DNA of 64,000 nucleotides. Source: Microcoleus sp. (GTDB lineage: Bacteria; Cyanobacteriota; Cyanobacteriia; Cyanobacteriales; Microcoleaceae). Below the pieces are notes generated by a model, which did no database searches, had not been told where the DNA came from, and was given only the letters and a program-made list of their open reading frames with translations. The DNA is taken from NCBI GenBank assembly GCA_052279835.1, contig CP181291.1, forward strand, positions 1,184,001 to 1,248,000, written 5' to 3'. The translations under genes were made by a program, and so were the position numbers. Below, one piece after another: positions 32,382 to 43,850 of this stretch; the stretch's first letter is position 1, and each line of letters opens with the position of its first letter.

Positions 32382-32639
32382 AAAATGAAATTCTCTTGCA
32401 GACGGGGGCGGGTGATTCGATTTTGGATTTTGGATTTTAGATTTTGGATTTTTGTAGGGCACGGGTTCTTCCCCCATCAGTCATCCAAATATCTCAAGTC
32501 ACGCGGTCAATCGAGTTATGTTTGCCCTTAATCTTAGTATGAAGGTTAACGGGACTTAAAAAAGGTTAAGAATTACATTTTAGGCATGGGAATGGGGCAT
32601 TGGGCAACCAGCCCCTTGGGGGGAGCTGGGCGGGGGGTG

Positions 32640-32744
32640 ATATTAATTACAGCTTGTATCGGAATGATTAAACCACAGAGGACACAGAGGACACAGAGAA
32701 AGAGAAGAGAGAAATAATAATTCCGATGTCAACGGATTTGATAT
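32640..32744. repeat. Inverted copy of the 105-bp MITE-like element at 14685-14788, followed by a (CTTCTTC)n array
   Basis: Reverse complement aligns over nearly the full length with 14685-14788. Confidence 0.8.
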
Positions 32745-32794
32745 GACTTCTTCTTCCTTCTTCCTTCTTCTGTCTTCCTTCTTCCTTCTTCCTT

Positions 32795-33388
32795 CTAATC
32801 TAGCTTTTCGCCACTGAGAATAAATATGGGATTGACAGCGGCAAAGGTTTGACTTAGCCCACGAGTCTCTAGGCGGTTGACGGCGGACTGAACTACTTCA
32901 ATGTTGCGGACTTGCAATTGGGCGAAGCTTTCGGAAAGGGCGTAAAGATTCTCTAAATTGCTGGCGGTGGCGACAATTCGACCCTGGGGTTGCAAGTACC
33001 CCCAGACTTCTTGGACAATGGCTTTAATGGGGCGGCCTCCTTCTATGCAAACTCGGTGGGGGGGGTGGGACAGATTTTTGAGGCATTCCGGGGCGCTACC
33101 TTCTATGACTTCGACGTTGTTGAGCTCGAAGCGATCACAATTTCTGCGAATCAAGTTGGCTACCTCTTCATCTCTTTCGATGGCGATAATTTGACCTTTG
33201 GGACATAACAAACCTGTTTCTACGGCGATCGTACCAGTACCTGCGCCAATGTCCCAAACCACTGAGTCTGCTTGTAGACGTAGGTGAGAAATTAACAGCA
33301 GTCGGACTTCTCGTTTACTCATGGGAATACCCGGTAAACGTTCAAATAAATCGTCTGGGATACCAGGAGTGACGTAGGGCCAAAGCAT
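32795..33388 (-). CDS. cbiT: Precorrin-6B/cobalt-precorrin-6B C15-methyltransferase
   Basis: PGIPDDLF...PMSKREVR, WDIGAGTGTI, EGSAPE. Confidence 0.9.
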   Translation of the reverse strand: MLWPYVTPGIPDDLFERLPGIPMSKREVRLLLISHLRLQADSVVWDIGAGTGTIAVETGLLCPKGQIIAIERDEEVANLIRRNCDRFELNNVEVIEGSAPECLKNLSHPPHRVCIEGGRPIKAIVQEVWGYLQPQGRIVATASNLENLYALSESFAQLQVRNIEVVQSAVNRLETRGLSQTFAAVNPIFILSGEKLD

Positions 33389-33481
33389 AGTTGTTCTATT
33401 TTAGATTTTAAATTCCAGCCAAGCCGCAGTTGGAAATGAGGAATCAGTAACAATTCTCGCCATTTCGCCCAGCCTTAATAT

Positions 33482-35002
33482 TTACTTTCGCACAACGTTG
33501 AGATTTTGGAGGTGGGTATCGCTGCAACCTGTGATTTTGCCACCCGCGAAGTGGATTTGTTTGAGGTATTCCAGGGCTTTTTGGGTAATGATTTCACCGG
33601 GCATCAACACAGGTATGCCTGGGGGATAAGGACAGATGAGTTCGGCACTGAGTCGATCGACTGCTTTGTCTGCTGCTACTGTTTCCGTTGCGGAAAAGAA
33701 GGCCTCGCGGGGAGAGAGTGGAGGAGGGGGAAAGTCGGGGAGTGGGAGAGTGGGGGATGGGGAGAGTGGGGGATGGGAAAAATCTTGTTTCTTCCTTCCC
33801 CCATTCTCCCTTTGGGAACCACGAGGGAGGGGTGGTTCTTCCTTCTCCTTGCTTCGAGCTAAAAGAGTACAAGCTTTAACTAAATTGTCAATATCTGATT
33901 CTGTATTTCCCAAGCTGATAATAAATGTGAGATGTTGTGGCATTGGCAATTCTGCGGTAACGCCGAGTTGAGAGTGCAGAATTTCATCTGCTGCAAATCC
34001 TGTGATTCCCAAATCCGATACTTTTACTGTTAGCCGCGTGGGGTCTAAATCGACAAAACCGGGTGTATTTAAGGTTTCTAAAACTGATATACCTGGAATT
34101 TTACTGATTGCCGATCGCGCTTTTTCTGCTAGTAGTAAAGTTTGGGTCATCAACTGTTCGCCGTGGAGGGCAATTTGTTGACGAGCGGAGTCTAGGGATG
34201 CTAATAATATGTAACTCGGACTGGTGGATTGTACTAACTGTAAAGCTCGATTTAATTTTGGGATATCTACCCTCGAACCCTTGACATGGAGCATTGAGGC
34301 TTGTGTCATTGCACCGAGAGTTTTGTGGATTGATTGTACTGTTAAATCGGCACCGGCTGATAGTGCTGATTCTGGCAAGTTGGGATGAAAGTTGAAGTGT
34401 GCGCCGTGGGCTTCATCTACTAATAATGGTATGTTGTATTGATGGGTAATTTTGGCGATCGCCCGCAAATCGCCACAGACGCCGTGATAGGTTGGGTAAA
34501 GCACCATGACTGCTTTGGCATCGGGATGCTGTGTTAATGCTGCTGCGGTGGCTTCTGGGGTGATGCAGTTGGCAATATCCCAATCCGAGTTGTATTCTGG
34601 ATTGACAAAAATGGGAATTGCACCGGATAAAATCAAACCAGAAATTGCCGATTGATGGATGTTTCGAGGTAGGATAATTTTATCTCCTGGGCCGCAAGTT
34701 GCGACAATTGCCGCGATGATTCCGCAAGTCGAACCGTTTGCTAAAAACCAAGTATGTTCGGCCCCAAATGCCTCAGCAGCTAAATTTTGAGCTTCTGCAA
34801 TTACGCCCTCTGGATTAAAGAGATTATCTAATTCTGGCAATTCGGGGAGGTCCGATCGAAATACTTGTGGCCCTAATAAGTCAACTAACCGCCCTGAGAT
34901 TCCTTGACCGCCTTTGTGTCCGGGGGCGTAAAATGGGGAGTGATGGTGATTGGTGCGATCGCGCAAAGCATCTAATAAAGGCGTGTTTGTTTGAGAGTTC
35001 AT
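33482..35002 (-). CDS. Orn/Lys/Arg decarboxylase (PLP-dependent)
   Basis: FYAPGHKGG, FLANGST, PRNIHQS, VDEAHGAH, QSIHKTL (PLP lysine), STSPSY, PYPPGIP. Confidence 0.92.
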   Translation of the reverse strand: MNSQTNTPLLDALRDRTNHHHSPFYAPGHKGGQGISGRLVDLLGPQVFRSDLPELPELDNLFNPEGVIAEAQNLAAEAFGAEHTWFLANGSTCGIIAAIVATCGPGDKIILPRNIHQSAISGLILSGAIPIFVNPEYNSDWDIANCITPEATAAALTQHPDAKAVMVLYPTYHGVCGDLRAIAKITHQYNIPLLVDEAHGAHFNFHPNLPESALSAGADLTVQSIHKTLGAMTQASMLHVKGSRVDIPKLNRALQLVQSTSPSYILLASLDSARQQIALHGEQLMTQTLLLAEKARSAISKIPGISVLETLNTPGFVDLDPTRLTVKVSDLGITGFAADEILHSQLGVTAELPMPQHLTFIISLGNTESDIDNLVKACTLLARSKEKEEPPLPRGSQRENGGRKKQDFSHPPLSPSPTLPLPDFPPPPLSPREAFFSATETVAADKAVDRLSAELICPYPPGIPVLMPGEIITQKALEYLKQIHFAGGKITGCSDTHLQNLNVVRK

Positions 35003-35124
35003 CCCTGATTTGTTTCATCCTGAGTTGATTATTTGAGAGCGGCTTGAGTTTTGGCTAGGCTGTGTGCAATTTTTGGGAAAGTCTAGGCAACGACTGTTAA
35101 TAATTCTCTCTTTTAATCGCCGAA

Positions 35125-38088
35125 TCAAGTGACAGCTACAGCCTCACCCAAAGGATGTTCCTGCAAAACAACTTGCAGATATTTCCCAGTATAAGAACGA
35201 GGATTAGCCGCCACGTCCTCCGGCGTTCCAGCCACAATTATCTCACCTCCCTTATCTCCCCCTTCCGGCCCCAAATCGATCGCCCAATCGCAGCACCGAA
35301 TCACATCCAAATTGTGTTCAATCACCAAAATGGAATTCCCCTTATCCACCAATCTTTGTAACACATTTAACAAATGATGAACGTCATAGAACGACAAACC
35401 AGTCGTCGGTTCATCTATCAAATAAAGCGTCTTCCCAGTAGCGCGACGGGACAATTCCGTTGCCAATTTCACCCGCTGTGCTTCGCCCCCAGAAAGGGTC
35501 GGTGCGGGCTGTCCCAACTGAATGTAACCCAAGCCAACATCAGCCAAAGTTTGCAGTCTAGCACCAGCCCTAGGAATGTTTTTAAACATTTCCAAAGCTT
35601 CCTCCACAGTCATGTTCAAAACATCAGAAATTGACTTGCCTTTATACTTCACTTGCAGGGTTTCCCGGTTGTAGCGCGCCCCTTTACAAACCTCACACTG
35701 CACGTAAACATCGGGCAGAAAATTCATCGAAATAACGTTAACACCTTGACCGCTGCAAGCTTCACACCTGCCTCCTTTGACGTTGAACGAAAACTGTCCG
35801 GCTTTGTAACCTCTGGTTTTAGCTTCAATGCTTTCTGCAAACAAATCTCGAATCACATCAAAGACTCCCGTGTAAGTGGCGGGATTGGAACGCGGAGTAC
35901 GACCGATGGGAGATTGATCGATGACAATTACCTTATCAACTACATCTTCTATGGAGCGTTCACCTTTGGTTTTGAGCGCGTCCATATCGGGTGGTAAAGG
36001 AACTTTTTTTGTGAGGTAGTGCTGTAAGGAAGGATACAGCAATTCATTGATTAATGTAGATTTTCCCGAACCTGAAACTCCCGTAACACAGACCAGTTTT
36101 CCCAGGGGAATTTCTACATTAATATTTCTTAAATTATTGCGCCTCGCATTGGTGATGGAGAGAGATTTGCCATTGCCTTTTCTCCTTTGGGCTGGGGTTT
36201 CAATTACTCGCTTTCCTGACAGATAAGCACCAGTTAATGATTCCTCAGCCGCTAGCAAGTCTTCTAAAGTTCCTTGGGATATGATTTTGCCACCGTGTAC
36301 GCCGGCGCCCGGTCCGATATCCACAATGTGATCTGCCGATCGCATTGTTTCTTCATCATGCTCTACTACAATCAAAGTATTGCCTAAATCTCGTAACTTT
36401 GTTAAAGTTTGCAGCAGTCGAAAATTGTCTCTTTGGTGCAAACCAATGCTGGGTTCGTCCAAAACATAAAGGACTCCGGTCAAACCGGAACCGATTTGAG
36501 TAGCTAGTCGAATTCGCTGGGCTTCCCCACCAGAAAGGGTCATTGCTGCGCGGTCTAAAGTCAAATAATCTAACCCGACATCAAGCAAAAATTGCAGTCT
36601 GGCTTTGATTTCTCTGAGGGCTAAATCGGATATTTGAAATTGCCGATCGCTCAATCCTAAATTATCTACTCGTTCCCGGCATTCCCGAATCGAAATACTG
36701 GTTAAATCTACAATGCCGTACTGTCCCAACCGCACTGAAAGTGCTTCTGGTTTCAAGCGTTTGCCTTGACAAACATGGCAATGCTTATCAACGCGATACT
36801 GTTCCAACTTCTGCTTAATCAAATCAGAACCAGTATCTTCATACTGGCGCTGCAACATAGCAATTACACCTTTAAAATCTCTTCTTAAATCGCTGGAATT
36901 GGGGTCGCGTTTCTTATTTTCTCTTGTTTGATTTTCCTCATTGCCATACAAAACTACCCGCTGGTGTTCCGGCTTTAAACGATACCAAGGAGTGTCAATA
37001 TTAAATCCGCAAGCATCAGCAACACTGCAAAGTAAAGAGAGATAATAGGAATTGTCTTTATCCGACCAAGGGGCGATCGCACAATAAATAGGGGCTTTCG
37101 CATCCGGGACTACCAACTCTGGCGCAAAGGTGCGTAAACTGCCCAAACCGTGACAGTTTGGACACGCACCATAGGGCGAATTAAATGAAAATAACCGGGG
37201 CGACAGTTCTTCCATTACTGCGCCGTGTTCCGGGCACGCAAAGTTTTCGGAAAATACGATGGGTGGATTTGGTTCGGAATTTTCCTCTGCGGGTAACTCT
37301 TCTATGATGGCAATTCCTTCCGAATGACGCAGACAAGTCGAGAGAGAATCAACTAGACGTTCTTCTAAACCAGGTTTTTTAATTAACCTGTCAATAACTA
37401 TTTCGATGTTGTGGGTATGATTTTTATCTAATTCGATATTTTCCGAAAGTTCTAAAATCTCGCCGTTAACTTTGACCCGACTAAATCCTTCTGCGGCTAA
37501 ACTGGATAATAATTTGCGGTGAGTGCCTTTTTTTCCGCGTACCACGGGTGCGAGAAGGTGAAAGCGAGTACCGTCAGGAAGGGCCATGACGCGATCGCAC
37601 ATTTCATCAATTGTCTGTGGTGCAATGCAGCGATCGCAAATCGGACAGTGGGGTTCGCCAGCTCTGCCGTAGAGTAGTCTCAGGTAATCATAAATTTCTG
37701 TAACAGTGCCCACAGTCGATCGCGGGTTGTGGGAAGTTGACTTTTGGTCGATCGAGATAGCCGGACTCAAGCCCTCAATTGCGTCCACATCCGGCTTATC
37801 CAACTGTCCCAAAAACTGTCGCGCGTAGGCGCTGAGAGACTCCACGTAGCGGCGCTGTCCCTCGGCAAAAATTGTATCGAAAGCCAGGGAAGACTTACCA
37901 GAACCGGACACACCCGTAAACACGATCAGGCGATCGCGCGGCAGTTCCAAATCCACATTCTTGAGGTTGTGCTGTCTGGCACCGCGAACCCGAATCGTAT
38001 TTTGGTTATGAGAGTTAGGAGTCGTCAGATTATGCCCGTTGAGGGATGCACTTGGCTGGCTGTTTGAGGTTTCGGGGCGTTGGGACAT
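35125..38088 (-). CDS. uvrA: Excinuclease ABC subunit A
   Basis: GARQHNLKN, two GVSGSGKS Walker A motifs, two LSGGEAQR signatures, zinc fingers. Confidence 0.98.
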   Translation of the reverse strand: MSQRPETSNSQPSASLNGHNLTTPNSHNQNTIRVRGARQHNLKNVDLELPRDRLIVFTGVSGSGKSSLAFDTIFAEGQRRYVESLSAYARQFLGQLDKPDVDAIEGLSPAISIDQKSTSHNPRSTVGTVTEIYDYLRLLYGRAGEPHCPICDRCIAPQTIDEMCDRVMALPDGTRFHLLAPVVRGKKGTHRKLLSSLAAEGFSRVKVNGEILELSENIELDKNHTHNIEIVIDRLIKKPGLEERLVDSLSTCLRHSEGIAIIEELPAEENSEPNPPIVFSENFACPEHGAVMEELSPRLFSFNSPYGACPNCHGLGSLRTFAPELVVPDAKAPIYCAIAPWSDKDNSYYLSLLCSVADACGFNIDTPWYRLKPEHQRVVLYGNEENQTRENKKRDPNSSDLRRDFKGVIAMLQRQYEDTGSDLIKQKLEQYRVDKHCHVCQGKRLKPEALSVRLGQYGIVDLTSISIRECRERVDNLGLSDRQFQISDLALREIKARLQFLLDVGLDYLTLDRAAMTLSGGEAQRIRLATQIGSGLTGVLYVLDEPSIGLHQRDNFRLLQTLTKLRDLGNTLIVVEHDEETMRSADHIVDIGPGAGVHGGKIISQGTLEDLLAAEESLTGAYLSGKRVIETPAQRRKGNGKSLSITNARRNNLRNINVEIPLGKLVCVTGVSGSGKSTLINELLYPSLQHYLTKKVPLPPDMDALKTKGERSIEDVVDKVIVIDQSPIGRTPRSNPATYTGVFDVIRDLFAESIEAKTRGYKAGQFSFNVKGGRCEACSGQGVNVISMNFLPDVYVQCEVCKGARYNRETLQVKYKGKSISDVLNMTVEEALEMFKNIPRAGARLQTLADVGLGYIQLGQPAPTLSGGEAQRVKLATELSRRATGKTLYLIDEPTTGLSFYDVHHLLNVLQRLVDKGNSILVIEHNLDVIRCCDWAIDLGPEGGDKGGEIIVAGTPEDVAANPRSYTGKYLQVVLQEHPLGEAVAVT

Positions 38089-38399
38089 GGGAGTAGTGCA
38101 AAACAGTGCTTAACTATCTTAGCGCTGCCTTTGGAATAGCTGGCATCCAAACTCAAGAATATCAAAGAATCGTCAAATAAGTTTCCGTCGCCCCGTGGGG
38201 CTAAACCTGGAATCTTTGATTTTTCAAATCCAGTTCCATATTCTGTACGAATAAACAATTATCCTTGGTCTTCCTAGGTGATATAAAATCCTCTCTTCAT
38301 CGTCCTGTATTAAACTTTCTCTCCTCTTCCTTCGCGTCATGAGCGCCTTCGCGGTTAAATCATTCCGATACAACCGGAATTGATATGAGATGCTGGGAA

Positions 38400-39029
38400 C
38401 TATGGCACGCCAATAAACTTGTGAGTTTGCAAAGATAACCTGTAATTAGGGTTTTGTTTTAGCAATTCCAAGATAATCGGAATAGCTGCATCTTTCGAGT
38501 TCCATTCCGGTTGTAAAAAAACCGGAATATCTACATTGTTTGCCAAATATTTCTGATAAAATTCAACTTCTTTACCAGTGCTAACCACCAATTTAATTTC
38601 ATTAGCTCTACTCCAAAAAAGCTCTTGTACCGGATATTTAGGACTGACGTGTTCTTTAGGAGAAAGAGTAATCCAAGCCTGGGGTGAAACATCTAGCCAG
38701 TAAGCACCGGAAGTTTCAATACTCACTTGCTTATCGGCGCCTAACAAAGTTTGTACTAACTCAGGTAAATCCCGGTGAATGAAAGGCTCACCGCCAGTGA
38801 TCACAACTCTTCTAGAGTGCAACTGAGCTAGCAATTGGGCGATCGACTGTGGTACTGCGGGTAAACCTTTGCCACCATTGGAGTAACCAGTATCGCACCA
38901 AGGACACCTCACAGGGCAACCGGCTAATCTGATAAAATCAACTAAAGTCCCCGTCCAGTATCCCTCGCCTTGAACGGTAGACTGAAAAGTTTCGTGAATT
39001 GGCAATTTTACCTGTAAATTAGACACCAT
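38400..39029 (-). CDS. queE: 7-carboxy-7-deazaguanine synthase (radical SAM)
   Basis: ETFQSTVQGEG, FIRLAGCPVRCPWCDT, VITGGEP, IETSG, LSPK, LSLQTHKF. Confidence 0.9.
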   Translation of the reverse strand: MVSNLQVKLPIHETFQSTVQGEGYWTGTLVDFIRLAGCPVRCPWCDTGYSNGGKGLPAVPQSIAQLLAQLHSRRVVITGGEPFIHRDLPELVQTLLGADKQVSIETSGAYWLDVSPQAWITLSPKEHVSPKYPVQELFWSRANEIKLVVSTGKEVEFYQKYLANNVDIPVFLQPEWNSKDAAIPIILELLKQNPNYRLSLQTHKFIGVP

Positions 39030-39204
39030 AATTTCTGCCTTAAACCAATTAATTAGGTTATTTGAATATAGTATTAAATGGTTCCCAGACTCTTCCTGGG
39101 GAACCATGTAACTCTTGCTGTGCCTCGAAGAGTGGAGTTGGAGGCACAGCCGACGGATCTACCTTACCCGATTGGTGAGAACATTGCAGTACCTACAAGT
39201 TATA

Positions 39205-41970
39205 TTAGTTAGGCGGGTCAAAGCGGTTGACGGAGAGAGCAACACCGATCATGGGTAAAGCTACACCGAAACAAATGAGCCACTGATCCAAGTTCATGGG
39301 AGCCGTCTCAAATATGCTATTGATAAACGGAGAATTGGCAAAGATAATCTGCAAAATCACCGCTACTACAATTCCCACACCGAGGGCGGGGGCACCACTA
39401 ACTTTTTCCTGAAAACCGCTAAATTTAGCCATCAAAGAAGGTAACAATTGGCTGAGGCTTAATAGGTAAAAAATTCTCCCCATTACTAAAGCTTGAATGG
39501 CCATGGTGCGGGCGAGTTCGATGGTTCCCCAATCGGCTTGGCGCACCCATTCAAACATTCCGAAAATCACAGTCCAGTTGTAAAGAGAAATAGCGATGAT
39601 TCGCTTGATCCGATTTGGAGTCAGTAAAGGTTCGTTTGCCGATCGCGGTTGTTGTTTCATGACTCCCGTGGACTTGGGCTCGAAAGCCAAGGGCACAGTC
39701 ATCGTAATCGAATTGAGCATATTCAGCCAGAGAATTTGTAGCGACAAAATCGGCAATTCCCGGCCCAGCAGGGTGCTGAGCAAAATTGTCATCGATTCTC
39801 CGCCGTTGACTGGGAGAATGAAGCTAATTGCTTTGAGCAGATTTTTGTAAACCGATCGCCCTTCTTCTACAGCAGATTCGATCGAGGCAAAGTTATCATC
39901 CGTCAGAATCATATCAGCGGCTTCCTTAGAAACCTCCGTACCGCTACCCATCGCAATCCCGATATCGGCTTGTTTGAGAGCGGGCGCGTCGTTAACGCCA
40001 TCTCCCGTCATCGCCACAATTTCGCCTTTTTGCTGCAAAGCTTCTACCAGGCGCAGTTTTTGTTCCGGGGCGACGCGGGCAAAAACTGAGCCGGCTTCTA
40101 CAGCTTCGGCGAGTTGATGCTTATCCATGGCGGCGAGTTCGGCGCCGGTGTAGGCTACAAGTTCTCTGTTATGTTTAGTTTTGCGGAATCCCATCCGACG
40201 GGCGATCGCCTTGGCTGTGGCGATGTGGTCGCCAGTAATCATTTTGACTTGAATGCCAGCGGTTTGACAAGCTTGGACGGCTGCGATCGCTTCTGCCCTG
40301 GGTGGGTCGATCATACCTTGAAGGCCCAAGAAAATCAGCCCTGATTCCAAATCCCCATGATTGACGGAATTTTGGCTGTCTGGTACTGGCTTTTTCGCTA
40401 AAGCCAAGACGCGCAAGCCTTGTTCTGCCATTTCCTCGACAGAAAGGTGAGTTTGTTCGCGATCGACTTGAACCAAATTTCCTTGAGTATCGAGGCTGGA
40501 GGCGCAGCGGCTCAAAACTGATTCTACGGAACCTTTCACGTACAAAATTTTGCCAGTGGGAGTTTTGTGCAAAGTTGCCATGTATTGAAACTGCGATTCA
40601 AAGGGAATTGAATCCAGTCGCGGCATTGACTTTTCTAAACTTTGCTGGCTTAATTCTCCTTTTTTGGCAACAGCAATTAACGCTCCTTCTGTCGGATTTC
40701 CAACGACAATCCAATCATCATTTTTAAATTCCAAGTGAGAGTCATTGCAAATCATTCCAGCTTGCAGACATTCTTGCAAAGTTGGAGCTTGACTAACATT
40801 AATTGGCAGTTGGTTGAGCTGAATTTCACCTTCGGGGCTATATCCCGTACCCGTAACCGAGTAGGATGCGCCACCAGAATAGATTTCTTGCACTGTCATC
40901 TGGTTTTCTGTCAAAGTTCCGGTTTTGTCGGAACAGATGACTGTGGCGCCACCTAGGGTCTCTACAGCAGGCAATTTACGGACGATCGCGTGGCGAGATG
41001 CCATCCGGGAAACGCCCACGGCGAGGGTAACGGTGATGACGGCGGGTAAGCCTTCGGGAATTGCACCGACAATTAGCGCGACGGCTGGTTCGACAGCTTC
41101 TTTAAAGGCTGAAATTCCTGGTGCCGCTGGTTTGCCCAATCTAACAGCAAAGGTCAAGGTTGCCATTCCCAACACAAATAACAGCCAGTTTTGACTAAAT
41201 TCGTTGAATTTGCGGGTTAAGGGCGTGGTGAGATCGATATGTCGATCTAATAATTGGGAGATTTTGCCGGTTTCGGTTTTATTGGCGATCGCAATTACGA
41301 TACCGCTACCTTGACCAAAAGTGACAAAACTGCCAGCATAGGCCATATTGTCCCGTTCTGCTAGCGGCGTTTCTTTCGGTAGCACCAAGTCTCCCGATTG
41401 TCCTAATTCTTTTTCGACGGCTACGGATTCCCCAGTGAGTCCCGATTCGTCTATTTGTAAGTCGCGCACTTTAATTAAGCGCAAGTCAGCCGGTACTTTG
41501 TCACCGGAAGTTAGGGTTACTAAGTCCCCTACCACAAGTTCTTTTGAGGGAACTCTTAATTTTTTGCCACCCCGAATCACTGTAGCTTCCGTAGTGACAG
41601 CTTTGGCGAGGGCTTCGATTTTTTTCTCGGCTCCGGCTTCTTGGATGAAACTGATAGTAGCATTGGTGGTGGTGACTCCCCAAATTACGCTGGCGTTGAG
41701 CCATTCTCCGATCAGGGCTTTAATTAAACCAGCACTCAGCAAGATGATGAGGAGGGGTTGGTTAAATTGCAGGACAAATTTTAACCAGGCGGGTTTCCCT
41801 GCTTTAACTGTTAGTTCGTTGGGACCGAATTTTTGTTGGCGAATGGCAACTTCGCTCGATTCTAAACCTTGGTCTAGGTTGGTTTCTAAGATAGTTGCAA
41901 CCTTCGATCTTTCTAGGTAGTGCCAATATTGCTCTGCTACGTCTACATCGTTGGCGGCTATTGCTGGCAT
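39205..41970 (-). CDS. Cation-transporting P-type ATPase (P2A, PacL/Ca2+-type)
   Basis: [36 protein letters not shown]. Confidence 0.93.
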   Translation of the reverse strand: MPAIAANDVDVAEQYWHYLERSKVATILETNLDQGLESSEVAIRQQKFGPNELTVKAGKPAWLKFVLQFNQPLLIILLSAGLIKALIGEWLNASVIWGVTTTNATISFIQEAGAEKKIEALAKAVTTEATVIRGGKKLRVPSKELVVGDLVTLTSGDKVPADLRLIKVRDLQIDESGLTGESVAVEKELGQSGDLVLPKETPLAERDNMAYAGSFVTFGQGSGIVIAIANKTETGKISQLLDRHIDLTTPLTRKFNEFSQNWLLFVLGMATLTFAVRLGKPAAPGISAFKEAVEPAVALIVGAIPEGLPAVITVTLAVGVSRMASRHAIVRKLPAVETLGGATVICSDKTGTLTENQMTVQEIYSGGASYSVTGTGYSPEGEIQLNQLPINVSQAPTLQECLQAGMICNDSHLEFKNDDWIVVGNPTEGALIAVAKKGELSQQSLEKSMPRLDSIPFESQFQYMATLHKTPTGKILYVKGSVESVLSRCASSLDTQGNLVQVDREQTHLSVEEMAEQGLRVLALAKKPVPDSQNSVNHGDLESGLIFLGLQGMIDPPRAEAIAAVQACQTAGIQVKMITGDHIATAKAIARRMGFRKTKHNRELVAYTGAELAAMDKHQLAEAVEAGSVFARVAPEQKLRLVEALQQKGEIVAMTGDGVNDAPALKQADIGIAMGSGTEVSKEAADMILTDDNFASIESAVEEGRSVYKNLLKAISFILPVNGGESMTILLSTLLGRELPILSLQILWLNMLNSITMTVPLAFEPKSTGVMKQQPRSANEPLLTPNRIKRIIAISLYNWTVIFGMFEWVRQADWGTIELARTMAIQALVMGRIFYLLSLSQLLPSLMAKFSGFQEKVSGAPALGVGIVVAVILQIIFANSPFINSIFETAPMNLDQWLICFGVALPMIGVALSVNRFDPPN

Positions 41971-42228
41971 GATTTTTCCTGAATATTTGCTCTTGAGTCT
42001 GACGAGCTGTTATCGCTCCTCAATAGGCGCGCTTCATATATTAAACTAGCTAATGGTTTGTGGGTGGCTTTAACGGGCTGTGACTTAGATCTATCTTACA
42101 CCGGATGTGTCCGTCTGTTGCCAGATATTGGGAGAATTTTTTTCAAGGAAGAAGCAAGAAAAAAATACTCTCCCGCTGGCGATCGCAAACCGTGTTAAAA
42201 CCTAGTTAAGCGACCAAATTCTGAACTT

Positions 42229-43251
42229 ATGGAAATACTTGTGACGCTGGTGCTGGGCTCGGTGCTGTTAGTCTGGGGAATCAGGTTCGGAAAGGTGTTA
42301 GTTCGATCGGGAGTAACGGCTAATGACTTATTTAAGGGTCGAAATGCGATCGCCCTGCTGTTTTTAGGTTTCTATTTTGGCTTGCTGCTACTGGCTCTAA
42401 ATCTGCCACAAATGCCAGCTTTGCCGATCGAGTGGCGCGTGAACGGGATGCGAGTTACTTGGACATTGTTGCGAGTAATGTTGATGGGAGTTTGCGGTAT
42501 TGGCTTGAGTATAAGCTGGCAGACAGCGCGATCGCAAGTAATTGCCGTCATCTTAATAGGCTTGTTGGGATTAGGCGGATTTACCAGCGCCCAATCCTAT
42601 TTCCTGGCACCAATTTACGCTGATTTAATTGACAATTTGCAGCCCAACGGTGTATTTCGCCAAACATCTAACAGCAGTTGTGCTCCCGCAGCCCTAGCCA
42701 CAATTTTGAGAAGGTGGGGAATGAATGCCACCGAATCAAGTGTAGCCCGTTTGGCAGGAACCAGTCGTTTAGGAACTTCCATGCCCCAGTTAATTATAGC
42801 AGCAAGAGCTTTAGGAATGCAAGGAATTGAACTAACTCCAAGTTGGGAGCAAATACAGCAAATTAATCGCCCCGGAGTATTAGCAGTTTGGCTATTTGAC
42901 GGCCCTCGCAAACTTCCCCACGCCGTCGCTTTATTGGGAATGAGTAATAATATTGCTACCATTGGCGATCCGGCGCGGGGCAGAATTTTCTATTTAGACA
43001 GAGCAACTTTTGCGAAGATTTGGCGGGAGCAATACGTGCCAATTTTTCGTGCTGCGGATATCTCGTTAACTGACAAACAAGCGATTGATTATTTAAATAA
43101 GTTTGGATATAATTCTGGTAATTTTCCAGCAGATATCGAGCGCTTTCAGAAAGATAAAAAAATAAAAGTCAGTGGTAAGTTAGACCCGATGACTGAGTTA
43201 ATGTTAAGCGGCAATTTTTTGGAAGGAGTGCCGAGACTGGACGGGAAATAA
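42229..43251 (+). CDS. Membrane-anchored peptidase C39-like protein with C-terminal peptidoglycan-binding-like domain
   Basis: 4 TM helices; QTSNSSCAPAALAT (Cys), PHAVAL (His), IGDPA (Asp); C-terminal IERFQKDKKIKVSGKLDPMT. Confidence 0.75.
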   Translation: MEILVTLVLGSVLLVWGIRFGKVLVRSGVTANDLFKGRNAIALLFLGFYFGLLLLALNLPQMPALPIEWRVNGMRVTWTLLRVMLMGVCGIGLSISWQTARSQVIAVILIGLLGLGGFTSAQSYFLAPIYADLIDNLQPNGVFRQTSNSSCAPAALATILRRWGMNATESSVARLAGTSRLGTSMPQLIIAARALGMQGIELTPSWEQIQQINRPGVLAVWLFDGPRKLPHAVALLGMSNNIATIGDPARGRIFYLDRATFAKIWREQYVPIFRAADISLTDKQAIDYLNKFGYNSGNFPADIERFQKDKKIKVSGKLDPMTELMLSGNFLEGVPRLDGK

Positions 43252-43333
43252 ACAAGGAAATGTAGGGGCGGGTTTTACCAACCATAAACGCCAAAAATTG
43301 CTAACCTCGAAAACCCGCCCCTCCTCTTTGAGC

Positions 43334-43618
43334 TTAATAAACTTCATCATGAGTGCCGATGTCTAGCAGAACAATGACTTCTGTGTTTGTTTCAGCATCC
43401 TGCTCGATAGAGAAGACAACACGACAATCATAGCCACAAGAACAAGACTGAAAACCGTCAAGTTGACCGCTTAGTTTATGAGTACCTAAGCCAGGGAAAA
43501 ATACGTCTGCTTCCATTTGTTGAAGAGTATTTTCAATGCGCTGCTGGAGGTCAGCATTTCGCCTCACAAACTTTCGGAATGCCCGTTTGAATTTAGGCGT
43601 TAAAATCAGCCGTCTCAT
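43334..43618 (-). CDS. RelE/YafQ-like type II toxin
   Basis: LTPKFKRAFRK...LGTHKLSGQL...SCGYDCRVVF...LLDIGTHDEVY; ATGA overlap with the upstream gene. Confidence 0.88.
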   Translation of the reverse strand: MRRLILTPKFKRAFRKFVRRNADLQQRIENTLQQMEADVFFPGLGTHKLSGQLDGFQSCSCGYDCRVVFSIEQDAETNTEVIVLLDIGTHDEVY

Positions 43619-43845
43619 AATTCTGGCTCGTCGCACAAAGACTGGCGCAAAGCTGCAACGACATCCTCGGCTGATTGCTGTCGAAATTGACCTGCACGGA
43701 AATCAGCCAAGGTTTGTTGGGCATCCACAGCTATTTCTGCACGGCGACTTTCGCGGTGACGGTTTTGTAGAAGTTTAATCAACATTTCCTGCTGTTCATA
43801 GGTTAGATTCAAAGCAGTTTCTAGCACTTGGTCAAGGGTATTCAT
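43615..43845 (-). CDS. Putative cognate antitoxin
   Basis: 76-aa helical ORF directly upstream of, and overlapping, the toxin start. Confidence 0.75.
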   Translation of the reverse strand: MNTLDQVLETALNLTYEQQEMLIKLLQNRHRESRRAEIAVDAQQTLADFRAGQFRQQSAEDVVAALRQSLCDEPEL

Positions 43846-43850
43846 ATCAT

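Noticed and set aside
38400..39029. queE as part of a 7-deazaguanine DNA modification (dpd) island
   Set aside because: No dpdA/tgt-like, queC, queD or folE genes nearby; ordinary queuosine synthesis is the simpler reading.
39030..39200. Possible preQ1 riboswitch upstream of queE
   Set aside because: The hairpins (GGTTCCCAG...CTGGGGAACC, GCTGTGCCTC...GAGGCACAGC) look like a common dispersed repeat; no preQ1 consensus recognised on the minus strand.
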